Of a stretch of 64,000 nt of DNA, positions 16,313 through 25,903 are shown piece after piece. The notes beneath the pieces are model-generated. The model saw only the letters and a list, made by a program, of their open reading frames with translations, did no database searches and had not been told where the DNA came from. The translations under genes were made by a program, and so were the position numbers. The stretch lies in the NCBI GenBank assembly GCA_965116765.1, contig OZ220718.1, positions 4,096,848-4,160,847 on the forward strand, given 5' to 3'. How positions within the stretch are numbered: position 1 is the stretch's first letter; every line of letters starts with the position of its first letter. This DNA comes from Vicinamibacterales bacterium (lineage in GTDB: Bacteria; Acidobacteriota; Vicinamibacteria; Vicinamibacterales; UBA8438).

Positions 16313-17629
16313 TCACATCAGCCCGACCAGCCATAGCGACAGCGACGGGACCGCGATGAGCAGCAGCAGGCGCAGGATGTCGGCGATCCAGAAGGGCACG
16401 ACGCCGCGGAAGATGGTGTTCAACGGCACGTCGGGCAGGACGTTGCGCAGGACGAACACGTTGAGGCCGACGGGCGGGGTGATGAGGCTGATCTCGGTCG
16501 CGACCACGACCACGATGCCGAACCAGATGAGGGCCGCGTCGGGGGTCGCGAGGGCCGTCGACGCGAAGTCGAGCTCGAACATCAGCGGGGCGAAGACGGG
16601 GACGGTCAGCAGGATCATCGACAGGCTCTCGAGCACGCAGCCGAGGGCCAGGTAGATGAGGACGATGCCGGCCATCACGACCCAGGCGTTCACCCCGAGA
16701 GACCCGATCCACGCGCCCAGGGCCTCGGGCAGCCCCGCGAAGTTGATGAAGCTCGAGAAGATCTCCGCGCCGATGAGGATCGCGAAGATCATCGCGGTGG
16801 TCCGGGCGGTCTGCACGCAAGCGTCGAACAGTTGACGGGCGGTCACCCCGCCGGCCGCCACCGTGATGCACAGGGCGGCGCCCGCGCCGACCCCCGCCGC
16901 CTCGGTGGGCGTGAAGAGGCCGCCGTAGATGCCGGTGAGGATGAGGACGAACAGCGCGGCCACGGCCACGACCCCGAAGCGCTCGCGGGTCGAGAACGGC
17001 TCCCGGTGCTCGGTGCGCGGGGCCGCGGCGGGGTCGAGGCGGACGACCACCGCCACCGCGAGGACGTAGAAGACGACGCCCACGATGCCCGGCACCACGC
17101 CGGCGATGAAGAGCCGGCCGATGTCGGCCTCGGTCAGCAGCCCGTAGACGATGAGGATGACGCTCGGGGGAATGAGGATGCCCAGCGTGCCCCCGGCCGC
17201 GATCGAGCCGGTGGCGAGGCTGTCGGCGTAGCCGTAGCGCCGCATGGAGGGCATGGCGACCTTCGACATCGTGGCCGCGGTGGCGAGCGACGAGCCGCAG
17301 ACGGCGCTGAACCCGCCGCAGGCGACCACCGAGGCCATGGCGAGGCCGCCGCGCACCCGCCCGAGCAGGGCGTTGGCGGCGGCGTAGAGGCCGTGGCTGA
17401 CGCCCGAGATGGTCAGCAGATTGCCCATCAGGATGAACAGCGGCACCACCGACAGCGAGTAGGAGAGGCCGGTCTCGAAGGCGACGTTCCCGACCATGGC
17501 CCAGGCCGCGGACCAGCTTCGGAGCAGGGCGAAGCCGACGGCGCCGACCGCGGCCATCGCGAACGCGATGGGCACCCGCAGGAAGACGAGCGCGAGCAGC
17601 GCCGCGAACCCGAGCAGGGACGCGGTCAC
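16313..17629 (-). CDS. dctM: TRAP transporter large permease
   Basis: 438 aa, polytopic. DctM-like throughout (MTASLLGFAALLALVFLRVPIAFAMA...). Confidence 0.9.
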   Translation of the reverse strand: MTASLLGFAALLALVFLRVPIAFAMAAVGAVGFALLRSWSAAWAMVGNVAFETGLSYSLSVVPLFILMGNLLTISGVSHGLYAAANALLGRVRGGLAMASVVACGGFSAVCGSSLATAATMSKVAMPSMRRYGYADSLATGSIAAGGTLGILIPPSVILIVYGLLTEADIGRLFIAGVVPGIVGVVFYVLAVAVVVRLDPAAAPRTEHREPFSTRERFGVVAVAALFVLILTGIYGGLFTPTEAAGVGAGAALCITVAAGGVTARQLFDACVQTARTTAMIFAILIGAEIFSSFINFAGLPEALGAWIGSLGVNAWVVMAGIVLIYLALGCVLESLSMILLTVPVFAPLMFELDFASTALATPDAALIWFGIVVVVATEISLITPPVGLNVFVLRNVLPDVPLNTIFRGVVPFWIADILRLLLLIAVPSLSLWLVGLM

Positions 17630-17699
17630 GAGGCGCTCCGTGTGGACCTGGCAGGTCGAGGCCCTGTACCGCGCCGGCGATGGACGAGCAGCGATTCGG

Positions 17700-18269
17700 T
17701 CACGAAGCGCTCCGCGCCGGCGGCGTCACGCGGCCGGCCCGCCCATCGTGGCCTGGCGGCTCCGTCCGGCGCTCGACCAACCCCCCACCGGTCCGCGCTG
17801 TTCCATGGCGCAGGCTCCTGACGACGGCGAGCACGCCGCTGAGCGCCGCCATGCCGGCCGCGAACCACCCGAGCGGCGCGAGCGGCACGAGGAGCGCGTC
17901 GGTCGCCGCCTCGTCGTTGGCCAGCCGCGTGCTGTAGACGGCGAGCCGCCACGCGATCGCCCACAGGGCGGCCGCCGACGCGAGGCCGCCGAGCCACGTC
18001 AGCGCGGTCCGGACGCGGGGCGGCGAGGCGTCGAAGAGGGCGTCGACGGCGACGTGCTCTCCCGTCATCGTCGCGAGCGGCAGGGCCGCGAAGACGAGCG
18101 CCCCCAGCATGAGCTCGGTGAGTTCGAACGCCCCCGGCAGGGGGGCGGTGAAGACGTAGCGGCCGATGACGTCGATGACGGTGAGGGCCGCGAGGCCCAT
18201 CAACAGGCACGCGCAGCACCCGCCGAGCCAGAGGTCGAGCGCGCGCAATGGCGAGGCGGAAGCCGGCAC
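17700..18269 (-). CDS. dctQ: TRAP transporter small permease
   Basis: LTVIDVIGRYVFTAPLPGAFELTELMLGALVF is typical DctQ. Lies between dctP and dctM. Confidence 0.8.
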   Translation of the reverse strand: MPASASPLRALDLWLGGCCACLLMGLAALTVIDVIGRYVFTAPLPGAFELTELMLGALVFAALPLATMTGEHVAVDALFDASPPRVRTALTWLGGLASAAALWAIAWRLAVYSTRLANDEAATDALLVPLAPLGWFAAGMAALSGVLAVVRSLRHGTARTGGGLVERRTEPPGHDGRAGRVTPPARSAS

Positions 18270-18273
18270 GGTG

Positions 18274-19371
18274 CTACCTGCCCATGCCGGCGCCCCGGCG
18301 CAGGGCCGCGAGCGCGGCCCGGCCGTCGTAGCCCCGGGTCGCCACTCTCCCCGTCCACCGGGCCTCGTGCTCCCGCGCCAGCGACCGGATGGCGTCGAGC
18401 ATGGGGGGCGGCGCGTCGTAGATGTCGATGCCCGCGGCGCGGATCGCCTCGATGGCGCGCGTGTCGGCGTCGTTCCACGCGCGGCCCACCCGCTCGGCCA
18501 GCGCCTCGCCCGAGACGGCCTCGATGGCGGCCCGGTCCCGCGCGGATATCTTCCGCCACGCGTCCTCGTTGGCGACGACGTACCAGGTGGTGTTGTAGAT
18601 GCCTCCCGGCACCCGCATGGCGTAGCGAAGGTGGGGGGTCAGGCGGAAGGCGGTCGTCGCCTCCCAGGTCATGGTGAGGCCGTCGATGACGCCGCGCGAG
18701 AGCTTCTGGTAGACGTCGCCGCTGTCCATGAACAGGGTCGTCGCGCCGAGCTCGTCCATGAGCTCGGCGACGTAGCCGCCGGGGGTGCGGATCTTCAGCC
18801 CCGCGAGGTCCGCCGGGCGCTCGATGCGTCGGACGTTGTTGTAGAGGATGCCGGGGCCGTGGACGAAGAGGCCCAGCAGCTTGACGCCCTCGTGCTCGGC
18901 CTGGGCGTCGAGCCGGCCGGAGTACACCCGCCAGAATGCCCGCGACCCCGCCGCCGCGTCGTCGCCGATGAACGAGAGCTGGGCGAACCGCGACCGCGGG
19001 AACCGGTTGTCCCGGGTGAACGAGTGGAGGCCGTAGGTCAGGTCGGCGATGCCGTCGACGGCCAGGTAGTAGTGCGACGGCGGCGAGCCGAGCGGCCTTG
19101 CCAGCAGGCGCACCGTCACCCGGCCCTCGGTCACCGCCTCGATCTGCTCGATCCAGGGCACGAACGCGTTGGCGACGATGGGGTGCCGCGGCGGGAGCCA
19201 CGACGACATCACCAGCTCGGTCCTGGCGCCCGTGGTGAGACCCTGAGTTGCGCCGACGGCAGCGGGGCCGTTCGCGGCAGGTTCCCGGGCGCAGGCCGCG
19301 GCGGCGACGGCCGGTAGGACCGCCAGCGACAGCAGGGCCGTCCACTCCCAGCCGGTGCGCCCGCGCATCAC
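18274..19371 (-). CDS. dctP: TRAP transporter substrate-binding protein
   Basis: Signal peptide followed by DctP-family similarity (ELVMSSWLPPRHPIVANAFVPW...). Confidence 0.85.
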   Translation of the reverse strand: MMRGRTGWEWTALLSLAVLPAVAAAACAREPAANGPAAVGATQGLTTGARTELVMSSWLPPRHPIVANAFVPWIEQIEAVTEGRVTVRLLARPLGSPPSHYYLAVDGIADLTYGLHSFTRDNRFPRSRFAQLSFIGDDAAAGSRAFWRVYSGRLDAQAEHEGVKLLGLFVHGPGILYNNVRRIERPADLAGLKIRTPGGYVAELMDELGATTLFMDSGDVYQKLSRGVIDGLTMTWEATTAFRLTPHLRYAMRVPGGIYNTTWYVVANEDAWRKISARDRAAIEAVSGEALAERVGRAWNDADTRAIEAIRAAGIDIYDAPPPMLDAIRSLAREHEARWTGRVATRGYDGRAALAALRRGAGMGR

Positions 19372-19438
19372 TCGTCGAGCTCCTTTCGGTCCTGCGGCGC
19401 CAGCAGGGCCGCGCGCCCGCCGCCGGTGCGCCGGCTCG

Positions 19439-19978
19439 TCACTTGTCGAGCTCCTTCTCGTGCATCCAGGCCGCGTGCCGCGGCGCGCGCTTGGTCTCGG
19501 ACCACTCGCGGAGCATATCCCACTTCACGGCGTCGAGCCTGGCCAGCTTGGCCTCCTCCTCAGGGTCGGGGCACGCGAGCTCGATGCGGTGTCCGTTGGG
19601 GTCGAAGAAGTAGACGGAGTGGAAGATGGCGTGGTCGGTCACCCCGAGCACGTCGACGCCGTTGGCCTCGAGGCGCGCCCTGAACGCGAGCAGGGTCTCG
19701 CGGTCCTTCACCTTGAAGGCGATGTGCTGGACCCATTCGGGCGTGTTGGGGTCGCGCCCCATCTCGGGCTTCGTGGGCAGCTCGAAGAAGGCGAGCACGT
19801 TGCCCTGCCCGGCGTCGAGGAAGACGTGCATGTAGGGGTCGGGCTCGTGCGTGGACGGCACGCGGTCCTCGGCGATGGCCAGCACGAAGTCCATGTTGAG
19901 GTTCTTCACGTACCAGTCGACGGTCTCCTTGGCGTCCCGGCAGCGGTAGGCCACGTGGTGGATCCGTTCGAGCTTCAT
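19439..19978 (-). CDS. VOC family protein (glyoxalase/extradiol dioxygenase fold)
   Basis: MKLERIHHVAYRCRDAKETVDWY...VQHIAFKV...SVYFFDPNGHRIEL. Confidence 0.85.
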   Translation of the reverse strand: MKLERIHHVAYRCRDAKETVDWYVKNLNMDFVLAIAEDRVPSTHEPDPYMHVFLDAGQGNVLAFFELPTKPEMGRDPNTPEWVQHIAFKVKDRETLLAFRARLEANGVDVLGVTDHAIFHSVYFFDPNGHRIELACPDPEEEAKLARLDAVKWDMLREWSETKRAPRHAAWMHEKELDK

Positions 19979-19995
19979 CGGGGTCCTCTCTTCGG

Positions 19996-20298
19996 TCAGG
20001 CATCGCGCCGAGGGCGGTTCCCGGCATCGCCGTCCGTCGGCTCCGTGCGCGACTCGGATGGCGTCCCGGCGATCCCGCGCGCGGCGCCGCTCTCGTCGCC
20101 GCCGCCCGTCGGAGATTCGGCGGCCCGGAACGCCTCGCGGAGGACCTGCCGGTCGCCGACGTGGTTGGCGAGAATCAGCACCAGGCGGGCGTTGATCGCG
20201 TCGCTCTCGGCCTTGGAGCGGCCCTCGTGCAGCGACAGCAGCTCCTCGTAGAAGCCGTCCGGATCGTCGATGTTCGGCCCGGTGCGCAGCTCGCTCAT
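19996..20298 (-). CDS. DUF2783-like small protein
   Basis: MSELRTGPNIDDPDGFYEELLSLHEGRSKAESDAINARLVLILANHVGD. ATGA overlap with the upstream monooxygenase gene. Confidence 0.7.
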   Translation of the reverse strand: MSELRTGPNIDDPDGFYEELLSLHEGRSKAESDAINARLVLILANHVGDRQVLREAFRAAESPTGGGDESGAARGIAGTPSESRTEPTDGDAGNRPRRDA

Positions 20299-21923
20299 GC
20301 CGGGTGCCCCACTGCCACTCGTAGCGCGCGCGCGACCGACGCCTCGTCGAACGACGGCCAGCGCGCGGCGACGTGCTGGTCGGGACGAATCAGGTAGACC
20401 GCCGAGGCCGCGGCGCCCAGGTAGCGCTCGCGCAACGCGTCGGAGGGGGCCGCCGCGGCGTCGAGGCGCAGCCCGTCGACCGGCAGTCCGTCGACCTCGA
20501 GGCGGTCGGGCGCCGGGGTGTCGACGGCCAGGAGCCGGAAGCGGCCGCCGAGAGCGTCGACGAGCCAGCCGTCCTCGAGCGGGACGTCCGAGGCCGGCGC
20601 GCCGGGCCGGGTGCGCCGCGGCAGGGCGGGGTGGTCGGGGCCGTTCAGCGGCGAGCCGTCGTGCACGCACGGCACCGACAGGCGGCCCGAGTTGACGAGG
20701 GGCCGGGCGAACGGCAGGTTCTCCGACAGGTCGAGCACCGCGTCGCGGAAGAGGCGGCTCGTCGCCGACTTGGGGGTGATGAAGTCGGTCGACCGCGTCG
20801 AGGCGACGAGGTTCTCGTCGGCGGCCTGGATGCGCTCGTGGTCGTAGCTGTCGAGCAGCCGCTCGGGCGCGAGTCCCTCGATGACGAGCTTGAGCTTCCA
20901 GCACAGGTTGTCGGTGTCCTGGAAGCCGCTGTTGGCGCCGCGCGCCCCGAACGGCGACACCTGGTGGGCCGAGTCGCCGGCGAAGACGACCCGACCGTGC
21001 CGGAACCGCTCCATGCGGCGGCACTGGAAGGTGTAGACCGACACCCACTCGAGCTCGAAGCGCACGTCGGGGCCCAGCATCGCCCGCAACCGGGGGACGA
21101 CGTTCTCGGGCTTCTGCTGCTCGTCGCGGTCGACGCCGCGGCCGAGCTGGAGGTCGATGCGCCAGACGTGGTCGGGCTGCTTGTGGAGCAGCGCCGACTG
21201 CCCCCGGTTGAACGGGGGGTCGAACCAGAACCACCGCTCGGTCGGAAAGTCGGCCTCCATGACGACGTCGGCGATGAGGAAGTTGTCCTCGAAGACGCGG
21301 CCGACGAAGTCGGCGCCGAGCATGCGCCGCACCGGCGAGCCGGCCCCGTCGCAGGCGAGCAGCCAGCCCGCCTCGAGGCGGTAGGGGCCGTCCGGGGTGC
21401 CGACCTCCACCCCCACCCCGTCGGGGCGCGGGTCGACGCCGACGACCTCGTGGCGTCCCCTGAGCTCGACGGGCTTGCCGAGGCGCTCGAGGGCGCGCAG
21501 CCGCTCGACGAGATACTGCTCGCAGTAGTACTGCTGCAGGTTGACGAAGGCCGGCCGCTTGTGCCCCGCCTCGGGCAGGAGGTCGAACCGGTAGACCTGC
21601 CGGCGGTCGAAGAAGACCTTCCCCGTGCTCCAGGTCACGCCCTTCTCCACCAGGCGGTCGCCGCAACCCAGCCGGTCGAGGATCTCCAGGGGCCGCTTGG
21701 CGAAGCAGATGGCGCGCGAGCCGCCGCTCACCCGGTCGTTGTCGTCGAGCACCACCACCGGCACGTCCTGCTGCGCGAGGTCGATGGCCGCGGCGAGCCC
21801 GATCGGGCCCGCGCCGACCACCACCACCGGGTGGAACGCGACGGGGTCGGCGTCCTGGTCCGGCGACCGCCGGTAGGGGTAGAGCGGCGCCGGGTCGGAC
21901 GCCGCGGCGTCAGGGCTGTCCAT
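20295..21923 (-). CDS. FAD-dependent aromatic-ring monooxygenase (MhpA/PheA-TfdB family)
   Basis: VVVVGAGPIGLAAAIDL (GxGxxG), CDGAGSPVR and FAGDSAHQVSPFGARGANSGFQD. Uses the internal Met of track ORF 20295..22574. Confidence 0.9.
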   Translation of the reverse strand: MDSPDAAASDPAPLYPYRRSPDQDADPVAFHPVVVVGAGPIGLAAAIDLAQQDVPVVVLDDNDRVSGGSRAICFAKRPLEILDRLGCGDRLVEKGVTWSTGKVFFDRRQVYRFDLLPEAGHKRPAFVNLQQYYCEQYLVERLRALERLGKPVELRGRHEVVGVDPRPDGVGVEVGTPDGPYRLEAGWLLACDGAGSPVRRMLGADFVGRVFEDNFLIADVVMEADFPTERWFWFDPPFNRGQSALLHKQPDHVWRIDLQLGRGVDRDEQQKPENVVPRLRAMLGPDVRFELEWVSVYTFQCRRMERFRHGRVVFAGDSAHQVSPFGARGANSGFQDTDNLCWKLKLVIEGLAPERLLDSYDHERIQAADENLVASTRSTDFITPKSATSRLFRDAVLDLSENLPFARPLVNSGRLSVPCVHDGSPLNGPDHPALPRRTRPGAPASDVPLEDGWLVDALGGRFRLLAVDTPAPDRLEVDGLPVDGLRLDAAAAPSDALRERYLGAAASAVYLIRPDQHVAARWPSFDEASVARALRVAVGHPA

Positions 21924-22131
21924 CGCCCTGCAGCTCGGCCCGCATGCGCCGGTCGCGCTCGGCCGTCCAGATGCGCGGGGTGTCGATGCCCAGCGCCTCG
22001 TCGCAAGCGCGGGCCACGTCACTATCCATCGCCCTGCAGCTCGGCCCACATGCGCTGGTCGCGCTCGGCCGTCCAGATGCGCGGGGTGTCGATGCCCAGC
22101 GCCTCGTCGTAGGCGCGGGCCACGTTGAACG
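21920..22131. repeat. 106-bp tandem duplication (2 copies) of the MBL-stop / monooxygenase-start junction
   Basis: CCATCGCCCTGCAGCTCGGCCC(G/A)CATGCGC(C/T)GGTCGCGCTCGGCCGTCCAGATGCGCGGGGTGTCGATGCCCAGCGCCTCGTCG... begins at 21920 and again at 22026. Confidence 0.9.
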
Positions 22132-22978
22132 GGAGGCAGTGCTCGTAGATGGCGTAGTCCGAGAACCGGCCATCGCAGGCGGCGCGGCAGGCCTCGAACG
22201 CCTCCTTCAGGCTGCCTCCCCGCGCGGCGACCCGCGCCACCGGCCGATACGTGCCGGCCAGGAAGTCGGCGGTCAGGTGGATCGCCTCGCTGACCCTGTC
22301 CGACCCCACGAGGGCGTCCCCCCGGCCGGGCATCAGCGCGTCGGGCCGGAAGCCCTGGACGGCGGCCAGCGTCGCCGGCCAGTCGCCGAAGTGACCGTCG
22401 CCGCAGTAGCAGGCCGAGCGGTACTCGACGATGTCGCCGCTGAACATGACGCCCGCGTCGGGCACCCAGGCCACGATGTCGCCCGCCGTGTGGGCGCGTC
22501 CGAGCCACGCCAGGTCGACGCGGCGGCGGCCGAGGTAGAGCGTCATGCGCCGGCGGAACGTGACCGTCGGCCACGTCAGCCCGGGGATCGACTCGGCCGC
22601 CCGAAACAGCCGCGGGAAGCGCGCGTACTCGCTGTCCCAGTCCTCCTGCCCCCGCTCGCGGATCATCGCCCGGCAGGCCTCCGACGCAATGATCTCGCTC
22701 GCCCCGTAGGCCGAGGCGCCCAGCACCCGCACCGCGTGGTAGTGGCTCAGCGTGACGTACTTGATGGGCTTGTCGGTCACCCCGCGCACGCGCTCGACGA
22801 CCTGCTGCGCCATCACCGGCGTGGCCTGGGTGTCGATGACCATCACCGAGTCGTCGCCGATGATGACGCCCGTGTTCGGGTCCCCCTCGGTCGTGAAGCC
22901 ATAGAGATCGCGGGCTATCTCCGAGAACGAGATCTTCTTCTCGCTCAGGTCGCCCGTGGACGCGAAGGCTCTGGTCAC
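22022..22978 (-). CDS. MBL-fold metallo-hydrolase
   Basis: The GTG start forms a GTGA overlap with the fahA stop. LSHYHAVRVLG is a variant of the MBL HxHxDH motif, and HTAGD is present. 318 aa. Confidence 0.85.
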   Translation of the reverse strand: MTRAFASTGDLSEKKISFSEIARDLYGFTTEGDPNTGVIIGDDSVMVIDTQATPVMAQQVVERVRGVTDKPIKYVTLSHYHAVRVLGASAYGASEIIASEACRAMIRERGQEDWDSEYARFPRLFRAAESIPGLTWPTVTFRRRMTLYLGRRRVDLAWLGRAHTAGDIVAWVPDAGVMFSGDIVEYRSACYCGDGHFGDWPATLAAVQGFRPDALMPGRGDALVGSDRVSEAIHLTADFLAGTYRPVARVAARGGSLKEAFEACRAACDGRFSDYAIYEHCLPFNVARAYDEALGIDTPRIWTAERDQRMWAELQGDG

Positions 22979-24279
22979 CGCGGATTCCTCTCCAGCTCGT
23001 CCCAGGGCACGTCCTGGGCCGGTAGCACCTTGCCGGTGCAGGCGCCGAAACCGATGCGGTGGCCGTCGCCCTGCGCCCACCCGCGAAGGCTCATCGTGTC
23101 GCCGTCCTCGACGAAGCTCCGGGTCTCTCCCGAGTCCAGGGTGATCGGTTCCCTTCCCCCCCAGCTCAGCTCCAGGAGCGACCCGTACTGTCCCCTCTCG
23201 GGGCCCGACACGGTCCCCGATCCCAGCAGGTCGCCCACGTTCATCCGGCAGCCGCCGACGGCGTGATGGGCGAGCTGCTGGGCCGACGAGTAGTACATGT
23301 GACGATAGTTGGTTCGCGCAATCGTCGTGGCCGCGTTCGCTCCCTCGGGCCGCATGTCCACGGCGAGCTCGATGTCGTAGAGCATCGCGCCCGGCTCGTG
23401 GAGATACGGCAGCAGCGGGCGTTCGCGCTCCGGCGTCGCCACCCGGAACGGCTCGAGGGCCGCCTTCGTCACGACCCAGGGGCTGATGGACGTTGCGAAC
23501 GCCTTGGCCTGGAAGGGGCCCAAGGGCTGGTACTCCCAGGCCTGGATGTCGCGCGCCGACCAGTCGTTGAGGAGCACGTAGCCGAAGATCATCTCGTCGG
23601 CCTCGGCCACGCTCACCGGCTGCCCCATGGGGTTGGCGGCCCCGACGACGGCGCCCAGCTCGAGCTCGATGTCGAGGCGGCGGCTCGGCCCGAAGCGCGG
23701 GACGTCGGCGCCGGGCGGCTTCGTCTGACCGAGCGGGCGCCGCACGTCCGTCCCGCTCACCACCACCGTCGACGCGCGGCCGTTGTAGCCGATGGGGACG
23801 TGCAGCCAGTTGGGCGGCAGGGCGTTGTCGGGGCCGCGGAACATCGTGCCGACGTTGAACGCGTGCTGGCGGCACGCGTAGAAGTCGGTGTACTCGGCGA
23901 CCGCGAACGGGAGCGCGAGCCGGACGTCGCGCCCCGGAACGAGCGCGCGCTCGCGGAGGGCGGCGTCGCGCTCGAGCCTCGGGTCGCCCCCCGCCGCCAG
24001 CAGCTCCGTGAGCCGCGCCCGGACGGCCGCCCAGGCCCGCGGCCCGAGGGCCATGAAGTCGTTCAGCCCCGGCTCCCGGAAGACCGGCGCCGACCCGCCG
24101 GCGTCGAGCACCCGCTCCGCTTCGAGCACGGCGAGGTCGACGACCGCGTCGCCGATCGCCGCTCCGCACCGCGGCCGCTCCGTGCCCCGAGCGAACACGC
24201 CGTAGGGCAGATTCCGAACCGGGAAGTCGCAGTCGGGCTCGTTGGCCTGATCGAGCCAACTCTTCGGCGGCAGACTCAT
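22975..24279 (-). CDS. fahA: Fumarylacetoacetase
   Basis: FPVRNLPYGVF, YTDFYA, IGYNGRASTVVVSG and YVLLNDWSARDIQAWEYQPLGPF. Uses the internal Met (MSLPPKSW) of track ORF 22975..24321. Confidence 0.9.
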   Translation of the reverse strand: MSLPPKSWLDQANEPDCDFPVRNLPYGVFARGTERPRCGAAIGDAVVDLAVLEAERVLDAGGSAPVFREPGLNDFMALGPRAWAAVRARLTELLAAGGDPRLERDAALRERALVPGRDVRLALPFAVAEYTDFYACRQHAFNVGTMFRGPDNALPPNWLHVPIGYNGRASTVVVSGTDVRRPLGQTKPPGADVPRFGPSRRLDIELELGAVVGAANPMGQPVSVAEADEMIFGYVLLNDWSARDIQAWEYQPLGPFQAKAFATSISPWVVTKAALEPFRVATPERERPLLPYLHEPGAMLYDIELAVDMRPEGANAATTIARTNYRHMYYSSAQQLAHHAVGGCRMNVGDLLGSGTVSGPERGQYGSLLELSWGGREPITLDSGETRSFVEDGDTMSLRGWAQGDGHRIGFGACTGKVLPAQDVPWDELERNPR

Positions 24280-24618
24280 CGACGTCGATCCGACGGTCCC
24301 CGGGTGAACCGGACTCGGCACCGCGTTCGCGATGACGGTGGGACTGTACCGATTCTAGCGCGGATGGGCGCGAGACGTCCGCCTGAACCACCGCTCCTTG
24401 TCTTCCTCTACCGCGGCGCGCGCCGAGCGACAAGCCGTGGATGGCCTGCGCGGGGACGGTCGAGGGAACGAGGGACGACAGCCGAGCCGATCCGGCGCCG
24501 CTTCAGGCACAAGCGGGTGAAGGAGGTCTTCATGGCGACGCCATCACTCTAGCGTTGCGCGGCCGTACTGCTCGTGATCGGGTGCCGGAATTCACGCGGA
24601 GCAGTGGTGCCGGCGGCG

Positions 24619-25557
24619 TCAGAACGCAAAGCGGACGCCGGTGCCCAAGCGGAAGCCGCCGAGGTCGAGCCCATGGAGCGAGGCCCGCACGTAGCGGAGA
24701 TCCATGTCGAGCATCGGGCCTGCTTTCGGGAACCGCACCGTGAAGCCGCCGTAGAGCTGCAGGTTCGGCGTCCACGCCTTGAACAGGGCGTGGTCGAGCA
24801 CGCCCGCGGGCTGGCGTTCGGTCGCGAGCCCCAAGGGGATGTAGCCGGAAGCCCCCGGGAAGTACCGCGACACCCCGGCCCCGAAACCGAGGTAGGGTTT
24901 GCCGACCGGCAGGGTCGGGAGGGTCGGGGCCGGCCCGTCGTGGTTGCCGAAACGGTACGTGAACCGGCCCGCGAGATCGACCTGCATCGCGCGCTCACCG
25001 GTGAAGACCTGCGCCGCGTGCTCTCCGGCAGAGAACTCCCCGAGCCGGCTGCCCGGCGTCGCCAGCGACGCCACGGACTGGGCGTCCATCACGGGGTGTG
25101 TAGTCAGGTCGAGTCCGGCGCCGGCCTCGACGCCCGCGGTGAGCAAGCGCCCCGCGTAGAACGCGACCCCCTCCACGAAGTGACGGTTCCCCTGCACCGG
25201 GTCGATCGGCTTGCCCGCTTGCGACCGCAGTTCGCCGGGCGAGCAGGCCCCGCCCGGCAGGCAGCTTCCGTGAAAGGAGCTGCCGCCCCCGCCGGTCGAG
25301 ACGCCCCACGAACGGAAGATGGCGTGGACGCCAACGGACCACGGGTCGCGGAGCGGTCTGCGGAGGGACCGGACACGTCGAGCCTCGTCGCCGTTCCGCT
25401 GCGGGCGCGAGCCGTCGTCACGCTCATCGGCGGCGTGAGCTTCGACGGCGCCCGCGGCGCGGGGCTCGGGTGGACCCGCCGCAGCCGGTCGGCCGGCCAG
25501 CGCCGCAAACGCGACTACGACGAGGAGGAACCGGGCAACCGGCCGAATCCAGCGCAT
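24619..25557 (-). CDS. Outer-membrane beta-barrel protein (hypothetical)
   Basis: Signal peptide MRWIRPVARFLLVVVAFAALAGRPAAA. Alternating beta-strand pattern. C-terminal ...GTGVRFAF. Confidence 0.6.
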   Translation of the reverse strand: MRWIRPVARFLLVVVAFAALAGRPAAAGPPEPRAAGAVEAHAADERDDGSRPQRNGDEARRVRSLRRPLRDPWSVGVHAIFRSWGVSTGGGGSSFHGSCLPGGACSPGELRSQAGKPIDPVQGNRHFVEGVAFYAGRLLTAGVEAGAGLDLTTHPVMDAQSVASLATPGSRLGEFSAGEHAAQVFTGERAMQVDLAGRFTYRFGNHDGPAPTLPTLPVGKPYLGFGAGVSRYFPGASGYIPLGLATERQPAGVLDHALFKAWTPNLQLYGGFTVRFPKAGPMLDMDLRYVRASLHGLDLGGFRLGTGVRFAF

Positions 25558-25690
25558 ACCGCGCCTCCCGATGCAGTGCGTCCGTCGGGCTAGCGTAACA
25601 CGAGGGCGAGCCCGTGGAGATCGCGGAAGGAGCGCGCGACGCACTCCGGGAGGTGGGTGTAGAACTCTTCGACAAATGTCATGACCTGGA

Positions 25691-25903
25691 TCACTTGCCG
25701 CCGGTCAGCACGGACCACAGGTACAGCAGCATGCCGGCGCTCATGAGCGCTGCGCCCGGAACCGCGAACAGGAAGAACGAGACCGGGTGGTTCCAGAGGA
25801 ACGTGGCCAGCGCCACGCCCAGCCCCGATGCGGTCAACAGGCCCGACATCTGCAGTCGGCCGGCCAGCCCGTTCCGCGGCCCCGGCAGGCGCACCCGGCT
25901 CAT
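25691..25903 (-). CDS. Small membrane protein (70 aa, two predicted TM helices)
   Basis: MSRVRLPGPRNGLAGRLQMSGLLTASGLGVALATFLWNHPVSFFLFAVPGAALMSAGMLLYLWSVLTGGK. ATGA overlap with the cytochrome gene. Confidence 0.5.
   Translation of the reverse strand: MSRVRLPGPRNGLAGRLQMSGLLTASGLGVALATFLWNHPVSFFLFAVPGAALMSAGMLLYLWSVLTGGK

Noticed and set aside
24515-24552. A strong SD (GAAGGAGG) followed by ATG and a 6-codon ORF (MATPSL*) on the plus strand between fahA and the beta-barrel gene.
   Set aside because: It is too short to call and points into the 3' end of a convergent gene. It may be the relic of a lost gene start. There is no supporting structure or terminator.
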